A stretch of DNA of 64,000 nucleotides from a bacterium (GTDB taxonomy: Bacteria; Bdellovibrionota_C; UBA2361; SZUA-149; JAQTWB01): contig JAQTWB010000004.1 in NCBI GenBank assembly GCA_028689495.1, forward strand, positions 2,463 through 66,462. Direction: 5' to 3'. Shown piece after piece: positions 34,809-44,297 of this stretch. Position 1 is the first letter of the stretch. The number at the start of each line of letters is the position of its first letter. The notes under the pieces are model-generated. The model saw nothing but the letters and a program-made list of their open reading frames with translations. It did no database searches and was not told the origin of the DNA. Made by a program: the position numbers and the translations under genes.

Positions 34809-37094
34809 TTATCCGATTATACGCCGCCCGTCGGCAGTATCTTCAAACGGTCTTCTAACTTCATAGTCAAGTCCGTTAAAAACAACCCACGGGGTCTGTG
34901 GAAATGTTTTAATCTTCAACCTGTCCGGTACAAAGCGTGGAAAACTGCGCCTCCCTTCTCGTCTCGCTTTTTCCAGTAATGCCTTGGCCTTTGGATCCTG
35001 CTCCCAATTAATCGCCGCACGCACCAGCTCGTCATGAGCGGCAATTCCCGCACGACTGTCGTACTTGTAATGCATGAAATAGCTATTGCGGATACTGTAA
35101 AAGCGCTGCACAGAAGGATCTTTTTCTCCATCCAGATCTTCAGTAAAATGTGCGTAAGTAGCAGCGGGATTAACTTTGCACTTCCAACGCTGTAACCACA
35201 TTCTCCAGCTGAGATCGACATCCTCGCAATAAAGAAAATAACGATCGTCAAAAAGTCCGACTTCCCTCAAAGCCTGAGCACGAATCAACACACCGCCACC
35301 GGAACACCAGCCTGTTTCCAAGGTCGTCGGGTCATACCACTTGGGATGCTCCTTCGGCGTCTGAACGGCCTCGACCATCCCGGCATCGGCATCTTGTCGC
35401 ATAGATTCAACAAGCCGAGAGATACAGTCGGGACTAATCTCAGTATCGATATTAAGGAGAAAAACAAACTTCTCACTTTTGTTTTTCAGCAAGCGCCGTA
35501 AAAGATAATTATTGCCACCAGTGAAACCGAGGTTCTTCCGCGATTTAAACAAGTTCACCTTTAATGGATATGCCGTATTATCAGCATATCCGGTTTTAAT
35601 CGCCTCGTAAGAGTTATCACGTGATCCATTGTCAATGATGTTCAGGCTGATTCTATCCCTAGGATAATCAACCTTCTCAAAAGCATCGAAATAGCCTTTA
35701 AGATACCGTTCAGAATTGTATGCAAGGCTAACTACGGCGACCTTTGGATAAAGCTCCCTCACTGCTTCTTTACGCCCTCCCATCTTTCGCGCTTTGGCGA
35801 CCCGAATTGGTTCAAGAGGTCCGCGAGCAGCAAGAGCTATCGCGGTCTTCACCGGGGCTCGCAACAGACGAGGAAGATGTTGTGGTGAAAAACGAAGCGA
35901 CTGCGCAAGCTCTCGCTCCGTATCCGCTAGTTGGGCTTGCAGTTCTAAAATCATCTGATTCGCCGGATGACTGCTGTTAACGACTCCGCTCATATTTCGT
36001 GCAAAACTGGAGAGTCCTGTCTTCTCCGCGGTTTTCTGCCCACTATTCAAGAGATCGCGCAAAGTCTGGTTATCCTGCAACACAGCCCCAAGTTGTTGAT
36101 GCAATTGCTCGATTGTCTCTTTGGGATCGTAAGCATTTGTCAGCAGTTCGTGTAATTTTTGTTCAAACCAGTGGTAACGCTGATTATATGCATCTAGCTC
36201 GTGCCGATGTCGTTTCCGCTCCGATTCAAGATCAACACGAACAGCACGAACTTCAAGTTGATGCTGTTCCCTTTCCAACCCAATCTGTCGCTGTAAGGCT
36301 TCAACTTTATGACCTAATGTATCGCCCCTCATCCGCAAAAGTTTATCCTGCTCGATGACTTTTTTCTGTAAGACGGAAATTTGCTCGAGCAGATTTTTTT
36401 CGCAATCTTCACGAGCTACAAGGCTCTTTTTCTGAGCGCGAAAAACGTACTGATAATCAAGTGAGGCCGGTAGAGCCGCTATATAATTTCGCACCGCATC
36501 AGGATATTGGCTAAGGTCAGTGTTAAATTCCGTTCTCTCTGGTGGAATGGCCGTCACCTGAAATTCTTCAATAATGAAACCAGAATTATCCACCAGATCG
36601 GAAATACTGTCGCGTGTGAAAAAATGAACGTGTGTAGAATCAAGTAACCCCAATGAACGGTAGTCAAACTTTCCGGAAAGCATTTCATAAATGACCGAAG
36701 AGTGAGTGATATTCGGCACAGAAATGACCACGGCTTCCCTGACGTAGGGCTGAAGACGGGTTAATACTTCTTCCGGATTCCTCAAATGTTCAAGGACATC
36801 AGCAAATAGCGCCACGTCGAATTGATCTTCCCGAAAGTACTTGCTGAAGTCGATTGTCTCGAGATTCTCAACGATAACTTCACGGCAATATTTGCGCGCT
36901 TCTTCAGCATCTTCAGGGTCCATCTCTACACCGGTGACGATACAACCGCGCTGTTCCTTCAGCACCTGAGATATGTAACCTGACGCACAGCCAAGATCGA
37001 GGACCTCTTTCCCCTCGCCCACCAGATTGATTATGCGGGTATGAGTGCTCTCGTGGTTGTCGAGATCAATTTTAAACTTGGCGTACTTAGACAT
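34809..37094 (-). CDS. tripartite methyltransferase / coiled-coil / family-2 glycosyltransferase fusion
   Basis: N-terminal SAM motif VLDLGCASGYISQVL...VTGVEMD. The central ~170 aa are heptad-rich (LLEQISVLQKKVIEQDKLL...LESERKRHRHELDAYNQRY...LELQAQLADTERELAQ). The C-terminal GT2 has VAVVSLAYNSERYL, IIDNGSRDNS and CEDVDL. Confidence 0.8.
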   Translation of the reverse strand: MSKYAKFKIDLDNHESTHTRIINLVGEGKEVLDLGCASGYISQVLKEQRGCIVTGVEMDPEDAEEARKYCREVIVENLETIDFSKYFREDQFDVALFADVLEHLRNPEEVLTRLQPYVREAVVISVPNITHSSVIYEMLSGKFDYRSLGLLDSTHVHFFTRDSISDLVDNSGFIIEEFQVTAIPPERTEFNTDLSQYPDAVRNYIAALPASLDYQYVFRAQKKSLVAREDCEKNLLEQISVLQKKVIEQDKLLRMRGDTLGHKVEALQRQIGLEREQHQLEVRAVRVDLESERKRHRHELDAYNQRYHWFEQKLHELLTNAYDPKETIEQLHQQLGAVLQDNQTLRDLLNSGQKTAEKTGLSSFARNMSGVVNSSHPANQMILELQAQLADTERELAQSLRFSPQHLPRLLRAPVKTAIALAARGPLEPIRVAKARKMGGRKEAVRELYPKVAVVSLAYNSERYLKGYFDAFEKVDYPRDRISLNIIDNGSRDNSYEAIKTGYADNTAYPLKVNLFKSRKNLGFTGGNNYLLRRLLKNKSEKFVFLLNIDTEISPDCISRLVESMRQDADAGMVEAVQTPKEHPKWYDPTTLETGWCSGGGVLIRAQALREVGLFDDRYFLYCEDVDLSWRMWLQRWKCKVNPAATYAHFTEDLDGEKDPSVQRFYSIRNSYFMHYKYDSRAGIAAHDELVRAAINWEQDPKAKALLEKARREGRRSFPRFVPDRLKIKTFPQTPWVVFNGLDYEVRRPFEDTADGRRIIG

Positions 37095-37869
37095 TAACCG
37101 AGGCTCCCTCTTCTTGTTTCAGGTATTGTTCTCTTTCTTCCTGATATCGCCGATCAATACACTGCCGGCTCCATTCCCAGACATGGTTGAGCTGCCCCAC
37201 GGTATTACTCCCGTCAATCCGCGCCCGATATTCACAGGTGATTTTTTTCAAATGCACCAGGTCGGTCACTGCTCCAAGTTTGATCCAAAAATCCCAATCC
37301 TCCAATACATGCAGCATCGGGTCCATACGAACAGCTGGCAGGTCTTGACGTTCATCAAGCAACTGCCTCTCGAACAAAACACAGAGTATCGGAATAAAAT
37401 TGGTCTTCAGAATTTCTTCCCGCGAATAATCTTTGGAATAACAAAGCTCCAGACCGGTTGTCATATACCGACGGGAATCAAATGGGCAGACGATCTGTGT
37501 AGCCCTAAGCGCATCAGCATAAACCGCTCGGAAGTGATTTCTTTCCAACTGTTCAACCAAATCGCTGGTATGCCATGGATAAAACACATCATCATCATCA
37601 ATAAAGCCGACATAATTTCCACTGGCTGCCTCCAAGCCCTGATTGGCGCTGTTGGAGCGTCCCAAAGGATGAAGGTTTTCGATTATTCGCAACTGCGGCA
37701 AAGGACATACTTGTTCAGCGTATTCACGAATCGATGGCCCGCCGTCATTGACCAGCACAACCTCGATATTAGGGTAAGTCTGTATGTTTATGCTTTGCAG
37801 GCACTCCCGCAAATAGAGCGGACGATTCACCGTTCTGACAATATAACTGACAAGCGGAAGATCACTCAT
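37087..37869 (-). CDS. family-2 glycosyltransferase
   Basis: LVSYIVRTVNRPLYLRECLQSINIQTYPNIEVVLVNDGG and FIDDDD motifs. The start is set at ATG 37869, with AGGAG 9 nt upstream; the ORF track extends to 37932. Confidence 0.8.
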   Translation of the reverse strand: MSDLPLVSYIVRTVNRPLYLRECLQSINIQTYPNIEVVLVNDGGPSIREYAEQVCPLPQLRIIENLHPLGRSNSANQGLEAASGNYVGFIDDDDVFYPWHTSDLVEQLERNHFRAVYADALRATQIVCPFDSRRYMTTGLELCYSKDYSREEILKTNFIPILCVLFERQLLDERQDLPAVRMDPMLHVLEDWDFWIKLGAVTDLVHLKKITCEYRARIDGSNTVGQLNHVWEWSRQCIDRRYQEEREQYLKQEEGASVNV

Positions 37870-37990
37870 GCACAACGGCTCCTGTTTTGGACAATTCCCC
37901 AATCTAATAAATGACCAATCTTCCTTAGTCAACGCTGATTGAATAATTACGGAGGACCAGGTTTTAATGGGCCATTATTATTGTAGTTAC

Positions 37991-38020
37991 TTGACTTACC
38001 GCCCCCTAAATCGGCATACT
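37991..38020 (+). promoter_or_regulatory. candidate sigma-70 promoter for 38075..39031
   Basis: TTGACT (37991..37996), an 18-nt spacer, then CATACT (38015..38020). Hexamer match only. Confidence 0.3.
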
Positions 38021-38074
38021 CCGACCGGTAAATAACACCAATTACTGAGAAAATTCCTACAAGGCTCATATACC

Positions 38075-39031
38075 ATGTATCGCGACCATTCTATCGCAAT
38101 TGTCATCCCAGCCTACAATGAAGAGCTGTTGATTACGCGCACCGTTACCACCCTGCCCGATTTCGTTGACCACATTATTGTCGTCGATGACAAAAGCAAG
38201 GACCGAACCTCCGAAATCGTCAATGAACTTTCAGCAAAAGATGGCCGGGTACACCTTATTCGCCACGAAACAAACAAGGGTGTGGGCGGAGCAATAAGCA
38301 CCGGCTATGTCTGGTGTCGGGAAAACAATATTGATATCGCGGTCGTCATGGCCGGTGATGGCCAAATGGATCCTCTTGACCTCCCCGCTCTTCTGGATCC
38401 GGTAGTAGAAAACCGAACCGACTACGCCAAAGGAAATCGACTTGTCACCGGTGAAGCCTGGAAAAAAATTCCCCACGTCCGATATCTCGGAAATTCCGGT
38501 CTGACTCTACTGACAAAGATCGCCAGTGGCTACTGGCATGTCACAGATTCTCAAACCGGCTACACCGCTTTAAACAAAAAAGCTTTGAAGCTTTTGCCGC
38601 TTGAAGATATTTTTCCACGCTATGGAATGCCAAATGACTTTCTCGTTACCCTCAATATTTACAACATGCGGGTAATGGATATACCAGTAAATCCTGTTTA
38701 CAACATCGGCGAACAAAGTGGCATCAAGGTAAGAAAGGTTCTCTTTTCTCTTTCATGGCTACTCGGCCGCCTGTTCTGCAAGCGCATGGTGCAAAAATAT
38801 ATTATTCGCGATTTCCACCCTCTAATATTTTTTTACGCCCTGGGTGGATTACTGCTTGTTCTGGATGGTGCGCTGATGCTGCGTCTTATGTGCGTCTGGG
38901 CCAGCGTTGGCAGCATCCCGAAAATCAACGCCTTGATGGTCGCTCTATTCACCATTTTGGGGTTCCAGTCGATTCTCTTTGCCATGCTTTTTGACATGGA
39001 AGCAAATAAGGATCTCAAGGGGCGAGACTAA
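38075..39031 (+). CDS. GT2 polyprenyl-phosphate glycosyltransferase (Dpm1/ArnC/GtrB-like) with C-terminal TM helices
   Basis: IAIVIPAYNEELLI, VVDDKSKDRTSEIV, NKGVGGAISTGY and MAGDGQMDP motifs, plus two C-terminal TM helices. This architecture is typical of ArnC/GtrB-type enzymes. Confidence 0.8.
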   Translation: MYRDHSIAIVIPAYNEELLITRTVTTLPDFVDHIIVVDDKSKDRTSEIVNELSAKDGRVHLIRHETNKGVGGAISTGYVWCRENNIDIAVVMAGDGQMDPLDLPALLDPVVENRTDYAKGNRLVTGEAWKKIPHVRYLGNSGLTLLTKIASGYWHVTDSQTGYTALNKKALKLLPLEDIFPRYGMPNDFLVTLNIYNMRVMDIPVNPVYNIGEQSGIKVRKVLFSLSWLLGRLFCKRMVQKYIIRDFHPLIFFYALGGLLLVLDGALMLRLMCVWASVGSIPKINALMVALFTILGFQSILFAMLFDMEANKDLKGRD

Positions 39032-39046
39032 TCGCAGATACCCCAA

Positions 39047-39994
39047 CTAAACGGCTGCGGCCAGATACTTTCTTTTCACAAAGGAGATGTGCATCAATGC
39101 ACCTAAAACGGCAAAAAGCACTTCTGAAGTAAAAAACCACAAGCGGCTCATCACTGAAAAAGTAGCGGCGACCTCAACAGGAATGCCCGCACCAACAAAA
39201 AAGGCGGCGATAACACCTTCCCTCACCCCGATTCCACCCGGCACGACCAATGCTAAAATACCTATGACTGCAGCCAGTGGAAAAGCCCCTAATGCCACAA
39301 AGGGCAACGGATTATAATAAATACTCCTAAGGCAGATTACATAACCAAGACTCCAGAATAACCAGGTCAGAACTGATAGCAATGTGACTCTAAAAAAAAC
39401 ATCCAGGGGAATAAGTGGAATTCGCTCAGCCAGACGAAACCAACTGAGCATCAATCGCTTTACAGCCGGCAGGAAAATGAAGACCATAGCTCCAAGTGTT
39501 AAACCTATGCGTGCCGCAAGCAATAATGGCGCAGGTAAAGCCTGAGCAGGAGCAAAGTAAACACCAATCGCCATGCCCGTCCAAAGCATAATTACCTGCA
39601 CTAGCAATACAAGATTGGTAATTTCTACAACAGATGTACGAGTGAAGTTTCGAAGGTAAATAGTTCGGCCCGCGATCATCCATACTTTTCCAGGAATATA
39701 TTTACCAAAAATTGCCAGGGCAGTACCAACAGTACAGACGCTAAGTGGCGTAGTGATCCGTATCGCCCTAAGCGCCTCGCGCCACGAAGCCGAATCAAGT
39801 ATATGCCCAACTAGTGCAAAACAGACACCAAGAGCATAATAGCCCCAACTGATATTTCCCGGGATATAAAAAAGCCCATTGCGATAAAGATAGACAAGAG
39901 TGAAGGCAATAGAGACGACAACAAAAGTCCTCAATATCGTCTGAGGTTTGACCCCCTTCAATTTGTCGCCAGTTTCGTCCCGATTAGGCGCCAT
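39047..39994 (-). CDS. flippase-like polytopic membrane protein (LPG_synthase_TM / UPF0104-like)
   Basis: ~8 TM helices. Basic N-terminal tail. The C-terminal GGIGVREG motif is characteristic of this family. It lies adjacent to the GT2, as is common for the family. Confidence 0.6.
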   Translation of the reverse strand: MAPNRDETGDKLKGVKPQTILRTFVVVSIAFTLVYLYRNGLFYIPGNISWGYYALGVCFALVGHILDSASWREALRAIRITTPLSVCTVGTALAIFGKYIPGKVWMIAGRTIYLRNFTRTSVVEITNLVLLVQVIMLWTGMAIGVYFAPAQALPAPLLLAARIGLTLGAMVFIFLPAVKRLMLSWFRLAERIPLIPLDVFFRVTLLSVLTWLFWSLGYVICLRSIYYNPLPFVALGAFPLAAVIGILALVVPGGIGVREGVIAAFFVGAGIPVEVAATFSVMSRLWFFTSEVLFAVLGALMHISFVKRKYLAAAV

Positions 39995-40550
39995 AATTTT
40001 TGCCTGTGTATGGCGCTTTATCTTTTATCACCCGACATGGGATCCCAGCGGCAAGGCAATTGTCGGGTATATCCGCATTAACAACAGAGTTCGCCCCAAT
40101 CACAACATTACTGCCAATTTTCACTCCTGGCAGAACAACGGCGTTCATGCCAATCCATACATTATCACCTATGCGAATCGGTTCTGCCACATCCCACTTG
40201 TCATAATCATCTAGATTATGATTAGCGCTAATCAGTCCAACTCCAGGTCCCATTTTCAAATTGCAGCCAATTTCAATTCCGTTTTTTCCCTGGATATAGC
40301 AATGGGGACTCATGCCCGGAACTGTATTATTACCAACTTTGATTTTATGAGCAGCGACAACTCTTGATGTGTAATGCATAGGCCAAGAGGCAAAAAAATT
40401 AATGCAAAACACTTTTTGTGGGAGGAAATAAATGAGCAAAAGAAATCCTGGATACCCAGAGGCCTTTGGATAGAAGAACCTAACCCAGGAAAACAAAAAC
40501 TCAATTTTCTGGAGAAAAGACTTCAAAGAATCTTCTGTTGAGAGAATCAT
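39984..40550 (-). CDS. hexapeptide-repeat (LbH) O-/N-acetyltransferase
   Basis: [49 protein letters not shown]. It has a hydrophobic N-terminal segment and overlaps both neighbouring genes. Confidence 0.8.
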   Translation of the reverse strand: MILSTEDSLKSFLQKIEFLFSWVRFFYPKASGYPGFLLLIYFLPQKVFCINFFASWPMHYTSRVVAAHKIKVGNNTVPGMSPHCYIQGKNGIEIGCNLKMGPGVGLISANHNLDDYDKWDVAEPIRIGDNVWIGMNAVVLPGVKIGSNVVIGANSVVNADIPDNCLAAGIPCRVIKDKAPYTGKNYGA

Positions 40551-41307
40551 AGACTATCTTAATTCGAACTTTATATTTATCCAAAGCATTAAACCGGGTG
40601 TTATACACGCCACCACGCTCCTGTGGTTTTGCGGCGACTTTCCCCTGCCTCCAAAGTGTTATGAACTCACAGGCGCTACGGATCATCAATTTCTTTGCAA
40701 CATTCCTCACTCCTTTCCACGAACTCACCCTCTTTATACTTTCACTCGCCGCAAGATAAATATCTCCCTCATCAACGCCGGGGGTCATTTCGTGAACAGT
40801 CGCCGACAAATTCCCGTCTCCATAAAGCACACTCCACTCAATTGGCGTTGCCCCTTTATTATCAGGCAGTGCTCCGGGATGAATATTTACAAACTGCTTA
40901 AGTATTAAAGTCTTCTCTTTCAGGATTTGTGACAATGAGCAGACAAGCACTAACTCCTCGGACCTTTGGGTCAGATGTTCTCGTGAGGATAGAGAATTTA
41001 GTGATGATACTTCATGGTATGCTATTGAATACTTATCAGTTAACATCCTGATTGAATATCTATCAAAAACTTTCTTAACAATACCTGAGTCAGCAAAAGG
41101 ACTGTTCAACAAGGCCGTTACAAAAACACCATTTACGATCTCCCCTACCGTAAAACGTGAAATTATCTTTAGTATCCCCTGCTTACTCCCCGTCCGCTTC
41201 AAGCCAATCACGGATGTCGGTGGTAGGCCCGCCCGAATCAGTCCATCCAGACACGCCGCGCCATATTCTGATATGCAATTAGAAATAAAAATATAATCTT
41301 TACTCAT
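40501..41307 (-). CDS. formyltransferase-like protein (Formyl_trans_N fold)
   Basis: [25 protein letters not shown]...[15 protein letters not shown] parallels the HxSLLPxxRG...D loop of Fmt/ArnA/PurN-type formyltransferases. Confidence 0.65.
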   Translation of the reverse strand: MSKDYIFISNCISEYGAACLDGLIRAGLPPTSVIGLKRTGSKQGILKIISRFTVGEIVNGVFVTALLNSPFADSGIVKKVFDRYSIRMLTDKYSIAYHEVSSLNSLSSREHLTQRSEELVLVCSLSQILKEKTLILKQFVNIHPGALPDNKGATPIEWSVLYGDGNLSATVHEMTPGVDEGDIYLAASESIKRVSSWKGVRNVAKKLMIRSACEFITLWRQGKVAAKPQERGGVYNTRFNALDKYKVRIKIVYDSLNRRFFEVFSPEN

Positions 41308-42350
41308 CCCACCAACCGCAACAGTAACGGCGAACCGTACCGATAGACCGCCAAAGGCATACTTCTGAACACACGACCGGCCAGAGATGGAATAAAAGAG
41401 TTTGGCTTTAGCATCTGCCCCGAACTGGCCGCTCCCTTAGTGTTAGAATAATATACAGGCTCACTAGTAGCACCCCAGCTTTCCTTGAATCGAATCAATC
41501 CTTCATTTGTTCTGTGACTGATTCCGAAATCAAATATTCCCACGCCTCCACTCTCGCAGTCTGCAATCACATGATCAAATAAAAGATTATTAGGTCGAAG
41601 AGTCATGACTTCTTGATTATCTCGAGAGGCTCCGTATAGATAAATTGTGGCTGACTGGCACCGATTAATCACAATACCAGATATCATCTGGCCCTGATAA
41701 TGTGCACCCCATAGTTCGAGACTATTGTCGTCGAAAAGATCCTTCAATAGGGAAAAGTGCGCTTTAGGATATACTGGCACTCCTTGACGTCGACGAGTTT
41801 CAACCATCAAATCATAGAACACGCCTTGAAACTCATCGAAACCATTCCGGAAAACTTCCACTCCAGACTGCGTCGCCTTCTTTATCCCTCGTTTAACGGC
41901 CGTGGCGTATCCCTTTCGCACGTGCGCCATTCCCGGATCTAAACTCAATCGGGAGACCAGATAACCGCTATCATAGGATTGAAGCCCGGCAATCGGCTCA
42001 GCGTTCTTAAGCAGCACACTGCTAATACCTAACGACTTAACAAATTCGCCAACTAGGCGACAAGCATCAGATGCAAACTGAATATCAGCCAGCAATAATG
42101 GGACATGATGACTAAATGGTAACACTACGAGTTTTTTCGCAAAACCGGGTAAGAGACTTTTAATGCAAACAGGCATTATGGCAATCACCTGACCGCCATC
42201 TTCTACCATTAGTGGCAAGTAACTATAGCGATAAACAGAAGATACACACTGCCCCCAAACCCTTGAGTAATAAATACTCGCACCATGGTTCTCGACAAAA
42301 TCGTCGTACCGTCGCACATCATCTTTGGTCTGGGCCACTACTATTTCCAT
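41304..42350 (-). CDS. FemAB-family / GNAT-fold (Acetyltransf_6-like) aminoacyl- or acyl-transferase
   Basis: The ~350-aa length and the motifs RKGYATAVKRGIKKA, ETRRRQGVPVYPKAHF, IYLYGASRD and LIRFKESWGA resemble FemAB-related proteins found in polysaccharide loci. The 4-nt and 1-nt overlaps with its neighbours suggest translational coupling. Confidence 0.65.
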   Translation of the reverse strand: MEIVVAQTKDDVRRYDDFVENHGASIYYSRVWGQCVSSVYRYSYLPLMVEDGGQVIAIMPVCIKSLLPGFAKKLVVLPFSHHVPLLLADIQFASDACRLVGEFVKSLGISSVLLKNAEPIAGLQSYDSGYLVSRLSLDPGMAHVRKGYATAVKRGIKKATQSGVEVFRNGFDEFQGVFYDLMVETRRRQGVPVYPKAHFSLLKDLFDDNSLELWGAHYQGQMISGIVINRCQSATIYLYGASRDNQEVMTLRPNNLLFDHVIADCESGGVGIFDFGISHRTNEGLIRFKESWGATSEPVYYSNTKGAASSGQMLKPNSFIPSLAGRVFRSMPLAVYRYGSPLLLRLVG

Positions 42351-43129
42351 CAGGCGACCCGTGAGGCGATAAGTTTAGCAAAATTGATGAAACTGTCTCT
42401 GCCGAACTGGGCAACATGTTCGAGGTAGTCCGCAGACCATCTTTCAGGATGAATTTGAAACACCAATTTATCACTGGGACGATCTGTCAAGTAGCGCAAC
42501 AGTTCCTCTCCGGAAGTAAAACTTGCCGAGACGGCGGACATGACCGTGTCACGTCGATTGGATTTAGACTGTGACCAATTACGTCCCGTATCGGTCACAT
42601 AGGCGACAGAAGAATAATCTATATTGAGATAGACCTCTCCAAGTATCGATAACTCTTTAAGCCGACTCTGGCCTTCATCTGTCCTCCAGAGGTCTCGATT
42701 ATCATATGGCTTGAGAGGACGTCCGTGCATGGAAATTGTCTCGATCGGCACGACTTTCCTGAAGTTCTCGAGGTTTTTGACAAAATCGCCATACGCCAAA
42801 CTAAAGTCACCATTCGTATCGGAAAGATTTTCATAGTGATAGCCAATTTCATGCCCCATTAAGGCAATTTCTTGAACCAGAACTTCATCCCAGGAACACG
42901 ATTTTGCTCGAAAATAATATGTCGCCCGAATTCCTAATTCCGCCTCGAGAGATGCCATTCTCAGCGCACACTGAGGCCGTCGATCAACGTCGTGACGAAT
43001 GCAGCAGAATTGGGCTGGCTGCTCAGGCATTGCCATAAGCTCGGCAAAGGTCAGTATCTGTGAGTATCCCTTTTTGATCGCCTGAAGATAATCTTTATAG
43101 GCTTCTAAAGTGAAATCAGTTTGATTCAT
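42350..43129 (-). CDS. polysaccharide deacetylase-fold (CE4-like; ArnD-like) protein
   Basis: CIRHDVDRRP...LGIRATYYFR...GHEIGYHYE follows the DxD / His-His pattern of divergent CE4 enzymes such as ArnD (RIDVDT). Confidence 0.55.
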   Translation of the reverse strand: MNQTDFTLEAYKDYLQAIKKGYSQILTFAELMAMPEQPAQFCCIRHDVDRRPQCALRMASLEAELGIRATYYFRAKSCSWDEVLVQEIALMGHEIGYHYENLSDTNGDFSLAYGDFVKNLENFRKVVPIETISMHGRPLKPYDNRDLWRTDEGQSRLKELSILGEVYLNIDYSSVAYVTDTGRNWSQSKSNRRDTVMSAVSASFTSGEELLRYLTDRPSDKLVFQIHPERWSADYLEHVAQFGRDSFINFAKLIASRVA

Positions 43130-43173
43130 TGAAAGTCAACCAAATAGAATTTTAAATTGATAGCCAGCGAACA

Positions 43174-44256
43174 CTACGCAGGAACAGCTTCACGATTGGC
43201 ACTGCGAACAGCCTGAACATTGAACAATTTTTTGCGCAACCTCAAACAGGGTCCTTCAATAAAATGCCAAGAAACAACAGAAACAATCGCAGTAGCGACT
43301 GTAGAAATTAAACATAACCAAAGCGGGTGATAACTACGGAACAACAAACTAATCAAAAGCTGCTGCACTGGAAATGCATAAACATATAATCCGTAGGAAA
43401 AGTCTCCAAACTTATTTATGTTAAAAACAACGGGCATTGCATAGGCCAAATTGTATACGAGATAAGAAAAAGAAAAGTAAAATATCAGTCTAATATCCGA
43501 TGCAAAGAGACAAATTGCCAAGCTCAGCATTAGCAATGGAATAGAAACAGGAACCTTTTCTCGATAAAGATAAATCGTAGAGCCTATAAGAAAAAAAATC
43601 ATCAACTGTATAACCTGAGCGATTAGCATATAGCCAACTACGAGTGAAGAATACTCTGTCCTTGTCTGACACCATGTCTCAAAAGAAAATAATCCCAATA
43701 GCAGAAGTATGACTACCCGGCGTTCACGAAAAGCCCCTGTCACTCCAAGCAGCAAAACGGCGATATACGCTGTGAATTCGATTGGCAGAGACCAAAGTGA
43801 ACCATTAATTGCATTGGGGTAAGGATTGCCATGGAATACATCGGCAATACTGTAGTGCAAAGGATAAACAAGCATATTCTGCTTGATGTAAACCCATACC
43901 GAGGGATTTCGCAGATATTCTCCAATAGGAAGCCCAGTAGCTAAAGGACCAATCACAAGTGCAGAAAATAATATCGCCGCCAATAAACCAGGATATATAC
44001 GTAGGAATCGTTTTAAAAGGAAACGGACGACACTGCTGTCACTGATCCAGCTCTTTGTGACAAGATACCCACTAATGACAAAAAATCCCGGAACCCCATA
44101 ACCACTTAATGGGCGTAACAAAATTGATTGCCCTGGTTCATCCTGTCCAAGTAGAACCCAAGAATGGCTATAAATAACTGTCAAGGCAAACAGATATCGC
44201 AAGATATCAAAGTTATTTTTCCGATTAATATCGCCGTAAGAAAAATATCTACTCAA
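43174..44256 (-). CDS. acyltransferase family 3 (OafA/WecH-like O-acetyltransferase)
   Basis: NNFDILRYLFALTVIYSHS N-terminal motif and ~10 TM helices. Confidence 0.8.
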   Translation of the reverse strand: MSRYFSYGDINRKNNFDILRYLFALTVIYSHSWVLLGQDEPGQSILLRPLSGYGVPGFFVISGYLVTKSWISDSSVVRFLLKRFLRIYPGLLAAILFSALVIGPLATGLPIGEYLRNPSVWVYIKQNMLVYPLHYSIADVFHGNPYPNAINGSLWSLPIEFTAYIAVLLLGVTGAFRERRVVILLLLGLFSFETWCQTRTEYSSLVVGYMLIAQVIQLMIFFLIGSTIYLYREKVPVSIPLLMLSLAICLFASDIRLIFYFSFSYLVYNLAYAMPVVFNINKFGDFSYGLYVYAFPVQQLLISLLFRSYHPLWLCLISTVATAIVSVVSWHFIEGPCLRLRKKLFNVQAVRSANREAVPA

Positions 44257-44297
44257 GGCATGCCTCTAAACTTTCGGTATAACCCGTTCCGAGGGAT

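Noticed and set aside
37045-37914. 289-aa plus-strand ORF
   Set aside because: It lies entirely antisense to the GT2 gene 37087..37869, which has clear GT2 motifs and an AGGAG RBS. The plus-strand translation is low-complexity with no motif, so it is a shadow ORF.
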